The position numbers and the translations under genes were made by a program. From NCBI RefSeq assembly GCF_006345805.1, contig NW_021832125.1, forward strand, positions 62,001-126,000: a DNA stretch of 64,000 bases. Direction: 5' to 3'. The stretch comes from Octopus sinensis (lineage: Eukaryota). Positions 46,972 through 60,186 of the stretch are shown piece after piece. Under the pieces are notes generated by a model, which saw nothing but the letters and a program-made list of their open reading frames with translations, made no database searches and was not told where the DNA came from. Positions within the stretch are counted from its first letter, which is position 1. The number at the start of each line of letters is the position of its first letter.

Positions 46972-47335
46972 CAGTGCTTGTCAAAAAAAAATTGGATTTG
47001 TAATAAATCGACTTTCATATTTTAATTCAAAGTAAATAATTTTTAATGAAACAAATTAAAATTTAATAACTTGATATTCCTTCACGTGCTTCACAAACTT
47101 CCAAACTTCTTTTTTTCATTGACATAACTAAATTTTCTATGTATTTTTTCGGTATTGGCTCCCATATCACAACTAATTTTGTCTCCAAATCTTTCAAGTT
47201 TTTCAACGACGTTTTGGATGTATTCAACAAGACTCGAATGTTTTTTTCAATTGAGTTCATAAGACCAACAGTGTGTAACGTGTGTTTATTTTTGTAAATT
47301 TGAACCGAATAATTTTCCCTTTTCCAATGCATTTA
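46972..47335 (-). mobile_element. Tc1 3' fragment
   Basis: TA then CAGTGCTTGTCAAAAAAAA TIR. IWEPIPKKYIENLVMSMKKR. Confidence 0.75.
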
Positions 47336-47338
47336 ATA

Positions 47339-48210
47339 TGTCGTGATCCACGCTGGCGACCATCAGTTGACATGTGATGTATTTTTGACATTAATTGCTA
47401 CCATCAGTTTGACAGATGATGTATTTTAATTGATGTATTTTTGTATCAATTATAAAAAAACTAATGACATGTTAACACTTAAAAAAATTAACATTTTTTA
47501 ACTCTGTTCATAGTAACGATCCTAGTTTCATTTTGGAATTCGATCTAGTAGTCTGTTATTCTAATGGTAACTTACTGGTAGTCTGTTATTTGACATCACT
47601 TCTTTCACTGTTCCCTTTTCTTCATATGGGGATTCAAATCTGCTTAGTTTTAATGATGGATTTGTTCCATAATCTTTTAATATTCGAACCTATAATAGTA
47701 CTAATTAATTATACGTTATTCCCTTCTTCAAAATCATACTTCGATCTGTGCACTCCCATCTTTTTATTTATTTTTTTAAAATACGGTGAATTCATATCTG
47801 GGGACGTAAAATTAAAAATAGTGTTATTCGTTTCTAACGATGCCTCAATATTTTCATCTAAGTTATAAATGAAATAAAAACTTGGTATTTCACTAATCAC
47901 GGTGTTAATTCCAGAAATAACCCTAAACTTTTTGAACGGCGTCTCATTTATTGTTGTGTGATGTGACGTATTATAGGAAAATGTAACTTTTTCTAAAAAT
48001 TGTTTCCAATTTTTAGTTCCCTCCATTTCCATCATTTTGGCCAGAGCACGAGTTAAAGTTTGGTTAAACCTCTCAATTACAAACTTTTGAATTGATGACC
48101 GCAGAATCCCTGCTTTTCTCAAGCAGTAGTTTGCCTTATGTTTCAAATCAGCATAAAATTGAAGAAGCATTCTCTCCGCTTTATTACTGACTGACTCCAG
48201 GCCTCTCAAA
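47339..48210 (-). mobile_element. Ginger-like fragment related to copy D
   Basis: TGTCGTGATCCACGCTGGCGACC end. IERFNQTL...SYNTSHHTTINETPF. Confidence 0.8.
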
Positions 48211-48882
48211 AATTCTTTTCTTTGAAGATAAAGTCTTTCTTTGTTTGCGGGTTTTAATTGGATACGACTGTCTATAAAAATTCGACGAATATTCTTATCG
48301 ATCTACTCCAACTGGAAGGAAAATTTTTATTTTAAATAATTAGTTAGAGAGGCTGTTAGTGAGGTAACATAAGGAGACCTTCGGCATTCCTGCCTTTTCG
48401 GTCCAGCACACACGCTCGCCTCTCTAATGTAATAGTTAGCTCAATATCAATCCAATGTAATAGTTATAGACTATAACTATTACCGTGTTTCGTGAGAAGG
48501 GAATATTTTTTCCTATAATTTTTGGATTTTCTTTGAATAAGAATGATGCACATTTTATCCACGCTTCTTTTATATATTTTCTATCAGAAAAAGGTTTCCA
48601 ATGCTTCGCAATAATATGAGAAATAACGTAATTAGTAGCACAGGTTGAATCAGATTGACTGTTAACGAGTGTTCTGAGTGATTCTGATTGTTGAGAGTTC
48701 TTTTTAACTGAGATGCAATTGTTTCTCTTTGTTAATCATTAGTTTTCTCAGATAATGATTTGTGAATAGTTTGAAAATGGCGTTTTATAGAAGATGTTCG
48801 GCAAGAGATTTAACGGACCATAACACATATAAAGCTTCGTCTCCTAAAAATAAAATACACTTAAACCTCTCTATATTGCCAC

Positions 48883-49313
48883 CGAACTGAGTAGGATGTC
48901 TCTTCCACTGAAAATATGCATCCAGAGGCATTTCTGATATGCACTTTGAAAGGAAAATGATATCTATTTTTGATTAATTAATTAATTTATATTACGTTTT
49001 TTAAAATTTTGTTTTTTGGGCAAATTTGAATTAGTTGATTTAAAATATTCACCACCATCAACAAGAAGCATTGGTTGAAGCACTCTTTATTTATTTATTA
49101 TTATAGCATATTCCGTAAGGACATAGACAGAAAAGAGTTATATTCCTACACGTGCCACACACGACACGACCTTCTGTACCAACGATTTCCAGCTTTCGCG
49201 GTTTTTGGCCAGTGTCCGAAGTTCGTCATGGTTTTCTTTAAAAGCCTCTCTATTTATAAAATAAAATATTATTCTTATTCTCATTTAAACAAAAAAAGAA
49301 ATAATTCTTAAAA
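48883..49313 (-). pseudogene. Inverted partial duplicate of TDRD12 5' exons containing an RTE 3' stub
   Basis: Matches 23740-24022, including the intron and QSAYQKCLW.HIFSGRDILL, with one frameshift. About 150 bp of RTE tail inserted at ~49096-49250. Tigger TIR directly adjacent at 48858-48882. Confidence 0.85.
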
Positions 49314-49317
49314 TATA

Positions 49318-49830
49318 CTCTTAAACCTCTCTATATTGCCACGAAAAAAACCAAATATTTCATACCAATAAGCGGGGTGGCACTATAACGCGACTTGCTA
49401 AAAGTAATTAAACGAAAAATATTTATTAAAAAACTCCATAATCGTTGACTGTCTATAACTATTTTTTAGACAATCATGATATTCCTTTTTACTATGTATA
49501 TTGTATGCTTTTTTCCGACATCTCTTGAGTAAACTCGCATTATTCAACCAAATATGCTAATTGTTACTTGTTTAAGTTGGTTAACAATATTTTTTAGTTG
49601 TAGTTTTCTGTAATGTGCCTTAAAACGATGTATTATTCCGGAATCCAATGGTTGTAAGTGACTTGTTGTTGTTGGAGGCAAAAAGTGGACTTCAATATTC
49701 GATAACGTGAGAATAATGTGGCATTGACAGTTGCCCATAATTAGAAGTATTTTTCTCCCACAGCATTTCATTTGATTATCCAACCTCTTTATCCAATCTT
49801 GAAATATCATTGATGTCATCTGTGCTTTAG
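49318..49830 (-). mobile_element. Tigger/pogo 3' fragment
   Basis: TA then CTCTTAAACCTCTCTATATTGCCAC TIR. FLPPTTTSHLQPLDSGII. Confidence 0.8.
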
Positions 49831-50299
49831 TATTAAATCTTTAATCCGAATATAAATAATTTATGTCACCGTCCAGACCGGCCGGGACGCCAGATCGGTC
49901 ATGTCAATTATCTAAATACAAAAATATTTTTCGTAAAAAACATTTCATTGCAAAAAAATATTGACAATTAAAAAATAAAAACTTATCAATAAAAAAGTTC
50001 TGAAAAGTCGAAAAGGTTAGAATTAATCAATGGTTTTAGTTGAACTAAATCGAGACACCCTCGAAAAAATTAGGGAGTATTTGGAATCAGGCCACTTGAA
50101 TGATTCTATGAGTTCAGAAAAAAGGCACGAATACGAAGATATACCAAAAATTCAGTTTCAAGGAAAACAACATCTACATTAATAAACATTCACTCAAAGT
50201 TGCGTTTCTTTGGTATCGAAGACGCTGAACTTAAGTTAAAATTCATTGAAGTAGAAATATAGTTATTAGTTATATAGATTAATAATTAGACGACTCTCA

Positions 50300-51790
50300 A
50301 ATTTTTGTTTTCCGAGTTCCCCACGACTCCACTTTGATCGTCCCCGCCATGATCCTCAATCTCCTCATGGGGCGTGCAGTCTCTGGGTCTCTTAAGGGAC
50401 TTGCTGATCTTCATAGATAAATTTTATTTCAGCCAGTCCCCATTTAGTGAATTTGCAGAGTCCAGGATTTCACTAAAGCCACGTTTGTACTCGACAAACA
50501 TGCTCTTCAGAGTGGCCTTCAGCGTTACAGTCTGGATATAAGAACGAACACGTTCTTCAATCCTAAGGAGCTCCATGTACTTGCGGTAGAACGTTGAGAC
50601 GATTCTATCTCAGGTAATAACGTTTGGCTCAATCTTCACCTTAGCTTTGTGAATCAGTTCTAATTCACTAGCTAAAATGTCGTATTTGTGCAATTTTTCT
50701 ACTTCCACACTCTTTAGGTTATCTATTGAAGTCACATCCACTTCAATAAAACATTTATGAGATATATTCCCTTTCTTAAGCCATGTTGAAGACGATTGAA
50801 TATCAAAATTGTTATCATCAAGGGATTCAAATAGCTTCGAGTGGAGTGTTTTCTTCTTAATATTTGACAGTAAGGACTCAATCTGGAATCTATTCAGTGA
50901 TTTGGTTATCTCTCCTTGGGTGTTCGTTCTATGTTAACAATTCCCAGATTCTGCTTTCCTAATTTGAAGGAAACCTTCCAATTTGGAATTATTGACATTA
51001 TAAACTTTGTTATCCATTCAGGAAGCCCGGAATTTTTCAGAATATCTGCAAGGAATTCGTGATTGATTGAGTCAAACGGTTTTTTTACGTCTACCCATGA
51101 AGAGAATAATTTGTAATCATGTGATCTGTTCACACAACAGTTAATAAGTGCTTGCTCCTTTGCACCTTGACAATGCCTTTTAGTGCTAAGTTGACACTCA
51201 GAGATTAGACTGTATATTTCCGCATACTCAGCAATTTTCTCATTTACACACTTTGTGACAAGTTTATAAAGGCACAGCATACAGGTAATTGGTCTGAAAT
51301 CACTGGCTTCAGTGGAATTATTCTTTTTCGGAATAAGATAAGTTATTCCGGTATAAAACCAACTCTGGGGTTGGCTGCTTCCAATAATGATATTTCTGAT
51401 CTCCTCAAATAGAAATTTATGTAGAGAGTCCAATTTTTTGATAAGCCAGGAGCTTTCCAGTTGAGGAGAAATTCGACGATCTTTAAAATGAAGGTGTCAT
51501 TAACATCAGGTGCGAGATATTCGGCACCAGTGACTCTTCTATTCACACCCAATGACTCTTCTATTCACACTCACTTATATCTCTTTTTTTCCATACATTA
51601 GTCCAAAACTTCAAGCAACGGTCCGTGTCAAGACACTCATTATGTTGGAGGGTAGAATTGAGTCTTATATAAAAGGATTTTCTATACAACTCAAAATTTC
51701 TGTTATCCTTTCTGAGCTGTCTTCTTAAATCAGAAATATTCACATTCTTATTGAGAATTTTAATTTTATCATTTATTGCTGTCGAATTTC
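50300..51790 (-). mobile_element. R4/Dong-like RT-RLE element, degenerate
   Basis: FRPITCM..LYKL, QGAKEQAL, WVDVKKPFDS, FIEVDVTS...EVEKLHKYDILA. Confidence 0.8.
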
Positions 51791-52339
51791 TTTCAAATTA
51801 ACTTCTTTTCATTTTAAATTAGACTCAGCACAATCTTAATCACTTTGGACGTGATAGATTGTACAGTTTATTGACACTTACAATTTATGGTGCCAGACGT
51901 ACTGATATGGCTTCTGTGGTATCTAGATATGTTTATTGTCAGATAAATTACCAGTTTTATTAATTCTAGGCAAAACGATTGCTTGCAACTAAACACGAGC
52001 GCATCAAATGGAAATTTTGGATGCTATGACTCATGCCTCAAAAAATAGCAAGAGACTACAATAAATCCGTCCACGAAACTACAAAACAAAGGCATTGACT
52101 TGGGGAAACGAAATAAAAAGCTAACAAATTCTGAAGTTGTGAAAAAAGGAAAATAGCCCATGATGGGGATGCAAACCCGGGTTATAGAAAATACCGATTA
52201 TACGACGAGATATCTGCACAAAAATATATTGTGAAAAATAGGGATTGAGAACTCGCAACGATAATTAATGAAGACGATGAAAAAGATCAAAGGATATAGC
52301 CACAGCGACATTCATGGGCCTGACGAATTTTGAGCCGAT

Positions 52340-53310
52340 ACGTAAGGAGATAGCGATTCTTAAGCACTCTGAGTCCAGAAGGTTCCCAATTGAAGAGAAG
52401 AGGAAGGCATCAATCCAAGCATCGCTGCCTGTGTGACAGCCTGCACGAAGGCAGGTGAGCCTGTGTTAGTTAAGTTTCTGAGTAAGTTCTTCGTACAAAC
52501 GACATACAATCTCGTCCAACTGGCGCTGGTTGTGCTCGGACTCAGGCCGCCTTGAGTCAAACCGGACCTTTCATAAGAGACCTGCTGCAACAAAATTTGC
52601 AGACACTTTCCGTTCGGGAAGGTTTCGGAGAATGATGTCTGAGAGAGTGCGGAAGGCAGAATGAGAGGACAGATAAGCCGGAAGAGCCAACTCGGAACAA
52701 AATATCAGACCAAGGCCGCCTCAGCGCACAGGTAAGGTCGCCTGAGACCAGCCAGAATCGTCGAAAGCAAGATTGCATAGGGAGCTCATACCGAGCTTTG
52801 AGATGTAATCGAAATCAGATAGGAGGTCGCTTCTGTCGAAACAGGGTGCATATCTTAGCGTATAAAGCACTTTGCACCTCGCCACAGTTAACTGAACGAC
52901 ATCGTAAAGTGTTTCCACGAAGACGCCGGGGTGCCGTCCGTCCCGAACCTGTCGGTTTGGACAGAGCTGTCTACATTCCACCTTTGAGCAGGGAAAATCC
53001 CTTATATGAGATTCTACCTGCTGTGACACATTCTCCACGGGAACCTAGCCATGTCGGCCGTCGACCCAGGCTTTGCTTCCAATCGCGCCGAAGATCTCAA
53101 AATCCTAAAGTACGATCACCTCTCCAATTTTGCTTTCACGCCCATCGCCGTTGAGACCTCTGGGGTCTTTAGCCACAAGTCGCTTTGTTTCCTACGCGGT
53201 TTGGGGTGAAGAATCGCCAAAAGGAGAGACAACCCGAGAGAGTCCTTTTGACTTCTTCAACGCCTCTCCATTGTTGTAATCCGTGGCAACTGCTTCGCAA
53301 TCCGTGAGGT
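52340..53310 (+). mobile_element. Degenerate CRE-like 3' half
   Basis: QASLPV, LNDIV...GVPS..EPVGL, FTPIAVETSG, QRLSIVVIRGN. Confidence 0.8.
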
Positions 53311-53399
53311 CGGGAGGGCGCCCTAAACCGCGTAGTCTTCAACAATCTTTCTCCCTTTTCTAACTTTTCAAATTGTTGATTGAAAATGAAAAAAATCAA

Positions 53400-53930
53400 A
53401 TCACAACTTCAAAATTTCGGCGGAAAAAATATTAAAATCAAAAAAGTAATGAACAGAAAAAGCTCGACATGCACCTTTGCTTCTTTTTGCACGCAGACAA
53501 CCTCCTTCGTAATTGTGAAAAAAAATTGAACGTGCTTAGGAGCCTATTCAGAAAAACGGTTTCCACCCGGTACTGCGAATATTTACCGTCAATACTTTGA
53601 AGCGTCCATTTCCTACCCCTGCGGATCATGGAGTCCGCGGTTATCGTGGTCCAACACGAGGCGAATCGAGAAGGTCCAACAAAGAGCCCACAGATTAACC
53701 GATCGTTGTTCACACGATAACAAACGCTCCGGCCTGGCTCCTCTAGAACACCTGATCGAGCTGAACCTCAGTCTGTTTGCAAATACTCGACAAATGAGGC
53801 CAGCTCCCGGTGCGATCTTGTGTGGGCTCGTGGAAAAATCACCGAACGAGGATGAGGTCTCTGGTTGATTGCATCGGGATCACGTGACGGTTGTTCGGTT
53901 TTTTCCGTGGTCTTGGTGATTTAATAAATA
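53400..53930 (-). mobile_element. 5' region of an RTE-like LINE (UTR plus APE start)
   Basis: Homologous to 29735-29930; reads GRFKVLTVNIRS. Confidence 0.55.
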
Positions 53931-54109
53931 AAGTGAAGATGCGATAAATGTAATTAAATTTCCAGTTTCTGAATATACATTCATAATTACATATTGCATC
54001 TTGTATAAGTTGTCGCTTTATTAACGGAAATGAAGCTCTTTATAATAACTATAGTTAATTAGAATAACTTTTTTAAAATTCAATTCGTGATAAAAAATAA
54101 CTAGACTAT

Positions 54110-54960
54110 CGCAGACTCGAGAGTCAGTCCGACGACGACGCGCTACAAATCGAGAGGCAGTTCCCGCAAAGAATTGCGACCGATACGCTCTAAATGTGTT
54201 CAATCTTCTCATTCTCTGATACAGATTCTACTGAATGTGTTTTGAGCTTATTATTAATCTTGAGTCCGAATTCTTGACAAAAATGAAATTGTATATATCT
54301 CACTACTTCAGCGTGCCTCCTGACATATTCCCCATGTAACTTCTTCTCATATCTAGTAGCACCGTGGTCGGCGGTCTTCTTTTATCTCATGCAACGGGAA
54401 CACATTAAGTTGTGTTCTCAGAGAATAAATTTCTATCCTGCGCGTGGCAGAATAAGCTTTCAGATCGTGGAAGCTATTGGCTTTGAGTGACTACAATGGC
54501 TTTGTAGAATTATTAAAATTCACAAAATCCTCCGTAGCACTTTTGTATAGGATGGAATGGAAACATTTTTAAAAAATCTGGTCGAATTGTTCTGGACAGC
54601 GATCACCAGTTTTTGTTAAGTAAAACTGATTCTTCAAGTAGGCATTTGTGCTTCGAGTACCCTTCAATAGTGACCAGATGAGTTTTTTTCTACCATTTTG
54701 GCCTGCAGAAATGAGAAGCTTCTGTTGCAGACATCAATTCGATGTTTTAAGTCCATAACGAATCTAAAGAGCATACTTTCACTTAGAAGAGTAATTGAGC
54801 TCAATCCTCTTCCAAAATTACTACGATGGTGGCATAATCTCTACTCTTCGCCGGTCGCAGATGTATCTTGTATTCTATTAATTTTGGCAGAATTATACTA
54901 TTTTATTTTCAAATGCGATTACCATTCTCAAGGTATAATCGTACAACACTATTTCCTGCG
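54110..54960 (-). mobile_element. R4/Dong-like fragment ending in a CRE 3' stub
   Basis: TADHGAT...RRHAEVVRYI..FCQEFG...THSVESV; then RVSVAILCGNC at ~54120-54190. Confidence 0.7.
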
Positions 54961-55199
54961 ATAATTAAATTGTTTTGCTATCAAAAATAGATTTTAATTA
55001 ATTCACAAATCTTTGTTTATCTCTGGCAAATGAGGTGTTTGCCGGGGGTAGAATTACCTTCGGCGTTGTAGCACGACTAGAGGTCTTTCCCACCTGTGAA
55101 AAGGCCTCAGTGATTAAAATTCTAAACATTCAGGACTCGATACAGCCATCTAAGTGGTATTGAGTTCTGAAGAGGGAGCCCACCCAATTCCTGCTTGGG

Positions 55200-56560
55200 T
55201 ATGAGGACTTTTCCAGTTTTGAAAGAGAGCTGGCATGCATCAGCTTGTTAAGCTCGAACGCAAGGTAGGGCAGGTGAGAGTCCTCCTCCTTGGCGTCCTC
55301 CGGGACTTCAAGGATAAAGACCTTTTAGAGCACCAGCAGCGAGAGTACCCCAGTGCCTCTGCCATTGCATGCTTCAAGCAAGGTTACTGCCCTCTTGAAG
55401 TGGTGGAGGTCACGCTGGGATCTCCTGCGGAAGCCGAGGGCTTTGTACTTTTGGGTACTAGGGTCGGCTACGTCAGGCTCCGTGCTTCGCCCAAATGCCA
55501 CCCAATGCTTTCGTTGTCAGGGTTTCGGAAACATAAGCACGAAGTGTCCGGAGAAGGCAAAGTGCTTAATCTGCGGTGGGAGCATGGTCGCAAGGCATGC
55601 CCTTCGCCACCTATGAAGAGACAGTGTGTCAACTGTGGTAAGTAGGACACACTGCCAACTTCAAGGGTTGCCCTACGTTAAAGGAGGTAACCCGAAAGGT
55701 AGGTGGGGGTGTAATCTCGAAGGTAAGGAGCACGGCTAGCGTCGCAGAATCTCGCGGACAGGTCGTGCGGCATCAAGGAGTCTTTTCTAAAGTCACAACA
55801 GTCCTTCGTGGGGTCCCTCAGGGCTTTGTGCTGAGTCCCACGCTTTTTAAGGTCTTTATGGTTTGTGCGCCCATGCTAGTCAATGCTCGTACTGAAATGG
55901 TGATTTATGCAGACGACATAATCCTCTGAGATCACTCGATGAAACCTGAGTGTGCGTATCGTAGACTACAGGTTACTGTGGATGGACTTGTAAACTGGTG
56001 TGGGAGTAGGGGTCTAAAGATGTGTGCCGACAAGTGCAGTGTCCTCAAAGTCTGTAAAAGGACGAGGGGTTACACTAATTACGTCCCTAGGTTATTGCTG
56101 AACGGGTCAGCAATTGCTACAGTTAATCGGATGACCTATTTGGGCGTGCTCTTTAAGCCGTCCGGTAAGTTTGATAATCACATTGCACGTACGAAAATGC
56201 GTGCAATGCAGCGATTAGGCGCGTTGCGTACTTTCCGGCTGCGGAGAGGTGCTTGGCTACGCGTGTTTAACACCATGGTGTTACCCGTGTTGACCTATGG
56301 CGTTTATACCTGGCACTTCTGCGAGGACCGGGAGAAATACGTTGACGCGCTCAAGAAAGTCAGAAAACGAGCCATCCGGCTAGCCCATGGCTTAGGATGG
56401 CGAGAGGAGCTCTCGGACACCCAGGAATTGTCCCTCAAAGGCCTCTCAGAGGTCCTAGAGAAGATAATGTCTGGGTGGTAGGTAAGGCGGTACGTCTTAG
56501 TTTGCGGCTGGGAGGTGAGCGTGTGTGCGGGACTGAAAAGGCAGAAATGCCGAAGGTCTT
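55200..56560 (+). mobile_element. Internally deleted two-ORF LINE (zinc-knuckle ORF1 plus RT 3' part)
   Basis: QCFRCQGFG, CLICGG and CVNCG knuckles; GVPQGFVLSPTLF, YADD, TYLGV; C-terminus resembles 1861-3726. Confidence 0.8.
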
Positions 56561-56998
56561 TATCTATTCTTTACTGACAGCTTTTATTAAAATAAAAATT
56601 TTTGGTTTAAACTCTGCCAAGAATGGGATTTGTCTGTTAACAAAAAATGTCCTCAGTTGATATAACATGACAGTTCAACCATTATCTCTGTCGAACAGAA
56701 ACTTAACAAAAAAGAAATGTATTTCAGCACAGTTAAGGCTTTTGACATTGCATTTGAGATTCTTAAAGTAATGGAGAGATTATGAGGTAAAATATGGGAA
56801 AGTCCTTCAAAATATCTGCAGTGTTTAGTAATCACATTTTCTTTAGTGTCCTCAACGTGTTCATATTTTTCACTCTCACTGCTCTCTTGATTTAAATATT
56901 GGGATTAAACTGAAATTTTATACCCTCCAGAAAATTCTAAAAAGATCTTTTATCCCTTAAAAACTAATAATCATAGCAAATAAAGTATATCCGTAGAT

Positions 56999-57500
56999 CA
57001 GCGGTTCTTAATCTTTTTCAAATTTTTGATAAATTGTACCCCTTGGGGTTAAAAATAGATCCCGCGTACCCCCTATCAATTTTTAAAATTTCACATATCT
57101 TTTTTTGAGATAAATGATTTAATTATAAAATATAAATTATTTTCTAACTAAACAAAATCAATAAAATATTTTATGCCGAAAAAGTGTATCTAATATTCGA
57201 ATCCATGTTGCTAAGAGCGATTTGCACATCATCTCTAACTTTCAATCGATTACGAGATTTATTTTTAATAAATGATAAACAAGACATCGCAGTTTCGCAT
57301 AAGTATGTTTTTGGATAAGGAATTAAATATTGCATACTAGCCATAGTCAATAACGAATACTTGGAAATCATTTTACTCCAAAATTCCATAAGTGTGCAAG
57401 AATTGAAACATATCTGAATAATCACAAAACATTTTCCGCGTACTCCCTGGATCTTCTCGCGTATCCCCTAGGCACATGTACCCCCGGTTAAGAAACCCTG
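56999..57500 (-). mobile_element. hAT MITE-like deletion derivative (502 bp)
   Basis: TIRs CAGCGGTTCTTAA / TTAAGAAACCCTG. TSD CCGTAGAT at 56991-56998 and 57501-57508. TYLCETAMS remnant. Confidence 0.92.
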
Positions 57501-58010
57501 CCGTAGATAATATGTGACATGGGTAATCAGGCCCCTATGGGCAACTACTTAACAAATTAATAATAATAACTTTAAAAATTAATTAATAGATATTTAATAG
57601 TTATTTTTTTAAACGCGACATCAACACCGATTTTTTTTCACCATTTGAAAATTCGATTTAACCATGAATTTCGACCTATACTTCTACGCGTGAATTGAAC
57701 ACTTCCTGTACCTGCCAGTTTTTCATTGTTTGAACTGCAATTGTTTGTCTGACTGCAGTTCCTTACTTAATTTGCAGAATTATTGTGGCAATGACACTCA
57801 ATCAGTAGGGTAAAACTAATCCAGGGGTCAAAAAAACTGGCTCGCGATCCTTTGATAGCTCTTTAAGTATGCTCTATCAATTTTGTTATTTTTATGCCTA
57901 TTTTTTGTTTTTGTATATGCTTTTTTAATTTGTAAAATTATTTAAAAAATTACAATTTTAGTCGTAATTTGTTCTTATACTTTATAACTAATCAACTCTA
58001 TTATCTACAG

Positions 58011-60173
58011 CAGTGGTTCTCAAACTGGGGTACGCGTACCCCTAGGGGTACGCGAAATTCTGTAGGGGGTACGCGAAAATTTTTTGAAAATCTATTTAAT
58101 TTTCGTTTCAACATAAAAAAGTTATTAATTCTAATTATAATAAAAATCATAATTAAATTAAATAATTAATAATAAAATAAATCTCCACGCTACTAGTTTT
58201 TCTTATGAGTTTACCTGTTAACAAGATTCGAAAATACAACGATAGTTATCTCAACTATGGATTTTATTTTGTGATTAAAAACGGTGTGCCACATCCGCAG
58301 TGTATTATTTGCCAAAAGATTCTTTGCCCTGAATCCATGAAACCTTCATTACTTTCTCGGCATCAAGTTTCTAATCATTTCGAAACTATCGGAAAACCAA
58401 ATGACTTTTTTAAGAACAAAAAAGATAATATTCGGAAAATAGACGATTCTTTCAATTTTGACATTAATTTTTTACTATCAAAACTCTCTTACATGATTTC
58501 ATATCGGATCGCAAAAGCCAAAAAACCACATACAATTGCCGAGAATCTTATTATACCGTGCATTAAGGACATGTTTGAATGTTTCCCTGGCAATAAATTG
58601 GAGCATATTGTTCGAAAAATTCCATGTTCAAATGATACCGTCAATAGAAGAATACGAGATCTATCCGAAAACATAAAAGAACAAGTTATTTTCTGGTTAA
58701 TTATTATTAGGTCATTACTGAAATAAAAAGTGCTGCCTTTAAAAAATTTTCAATTCAATTGGATGAATCAACAGATGTAGCAAATTGCTTTCAGTTACTC
58801 GTTTATGTGCGATATATTTATATGGAAAATATTAAGGAAGAATTTTTGTTCAACTATTCCTTACCTTTAAACACAAAAGGTTCTGATATTTTCGATGCAG
58901 TTAATTGTTTTTTTGAAACAGAAGGTACATTTTTGATTTTTTACTTATGATAGGCCTATTGTGGCAAAATCTTAGTGCATGCACCACAGATGGAGCACCA
59001 GCTATGCTTGGATGTAACTCTGGTTTCCGAGGTAGAGTACAATCTGTCAATCCAAATGTAAAACATCTTCACTGTATGTTGCATCGTTATGTTCTTGCTG
59101 TGAAGACAATGCCTCTTGAACTTAAAAATGTTCTTGACGATGTTATTAAAATTGTCAATCATATCAAAAAAGTCCTTTAAATTCGCGAATTTTTTATTCA
59201 ATTTGTGAAGAATTTGGTTCAGATGAGAAGGTTTTACTATATCACACAGAAGTTCGATGGTTATCCAAAGGAAATGTTCTTTCCAGAGTGCACAGTTTGA
59301 AGAATGAAATTTATGAATATTTTCTTCGCGAAAATAAAAATTTATATTTATCAAAGTTATCAAATATGTATTGGGGTGTAATGCTATCTTATTTAACGGA
59401 CATTTTTTCGCGAATTAATGCTTTGAATTTATCGGTACAAACTAAGGGAGTTACCATTGTTGACTTTTTAGAAAAAACAAGGTTTTTTACGAAATAATGC
59501 AATATTGTAGGTCTTTTCGTATGAAGCTCCAACTGTGGATAGATAATACAACAAATTCTAATTTTACTATGTTTGATAAGTTGAATGAAAACATTTTCCA
59601 TCTAAAATTAAATGAAATAGAAAATTTAAAACATCAAATAACTTCCCATTTACTTGGATTGAAGAATGAAATTGAAAAATATATACCTGAAATTAATGAA
59701 GTAGATCTTAAGTTTTTTGTCAATCCTTTTTCCGTAAAAGTTAATGTTTTGCCTTCAAATATTCAAGAAGAAGTTATTGAATTAATAAATTCTTACGAGT
59801 CAAAAATCTTATTTGAATCTGCACCATTAATTGAATTTTGGTGTAAAATGACATCAAAATATCACAATATTGGATTTTATATAATCGATTTTTTGCTTTT
59901 GTTTCCGACTACATATCTCTGCGAACAAGGATTTTCATCGTTGTTTAATTTAAAATCAGTTCATCGTGCGAGGCTGAATGTTGTTCATGATATTCGGGTG
60001 TGTCTTTCGTCAAAGGATCCAGAAATCGATAGATTAGTGATTGATAAACAACACCATCCATCTCATTAATTAAATATTTTTTTTCCTTAATTTTTTAAAA
60101 ATCGATAAGGGGTACGCGAAAAATTATTTAGATGGCAAGGGGTACGCAAGGAAAAAAAGTTTGAGAACCACTG
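58011..60173 (+). mobile_element. Complete Buster/ZBED5-like hAT with three micro-introns
   Basis: TIRs CAGTGGTTCTCAA / TTGAGAACCACTG. TSD ATCTACAG at 58003-58010 and 60174-60181. Confidence 0.95.
58205..60069 (+). CDS. hAT transposase, spliced, one frameshift in an A-run
   Basis: Introns 58685-58710, 58925-58953 and 59482-59510 restore QLDESTD, TTDGAPAM, HCMLH, EVRW and TTYLCEQGFS. One-base shortfall at ~59165-59170. Confidence 0.85.
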
Positions 60174-60186
60174 ATCTACAGGATAT

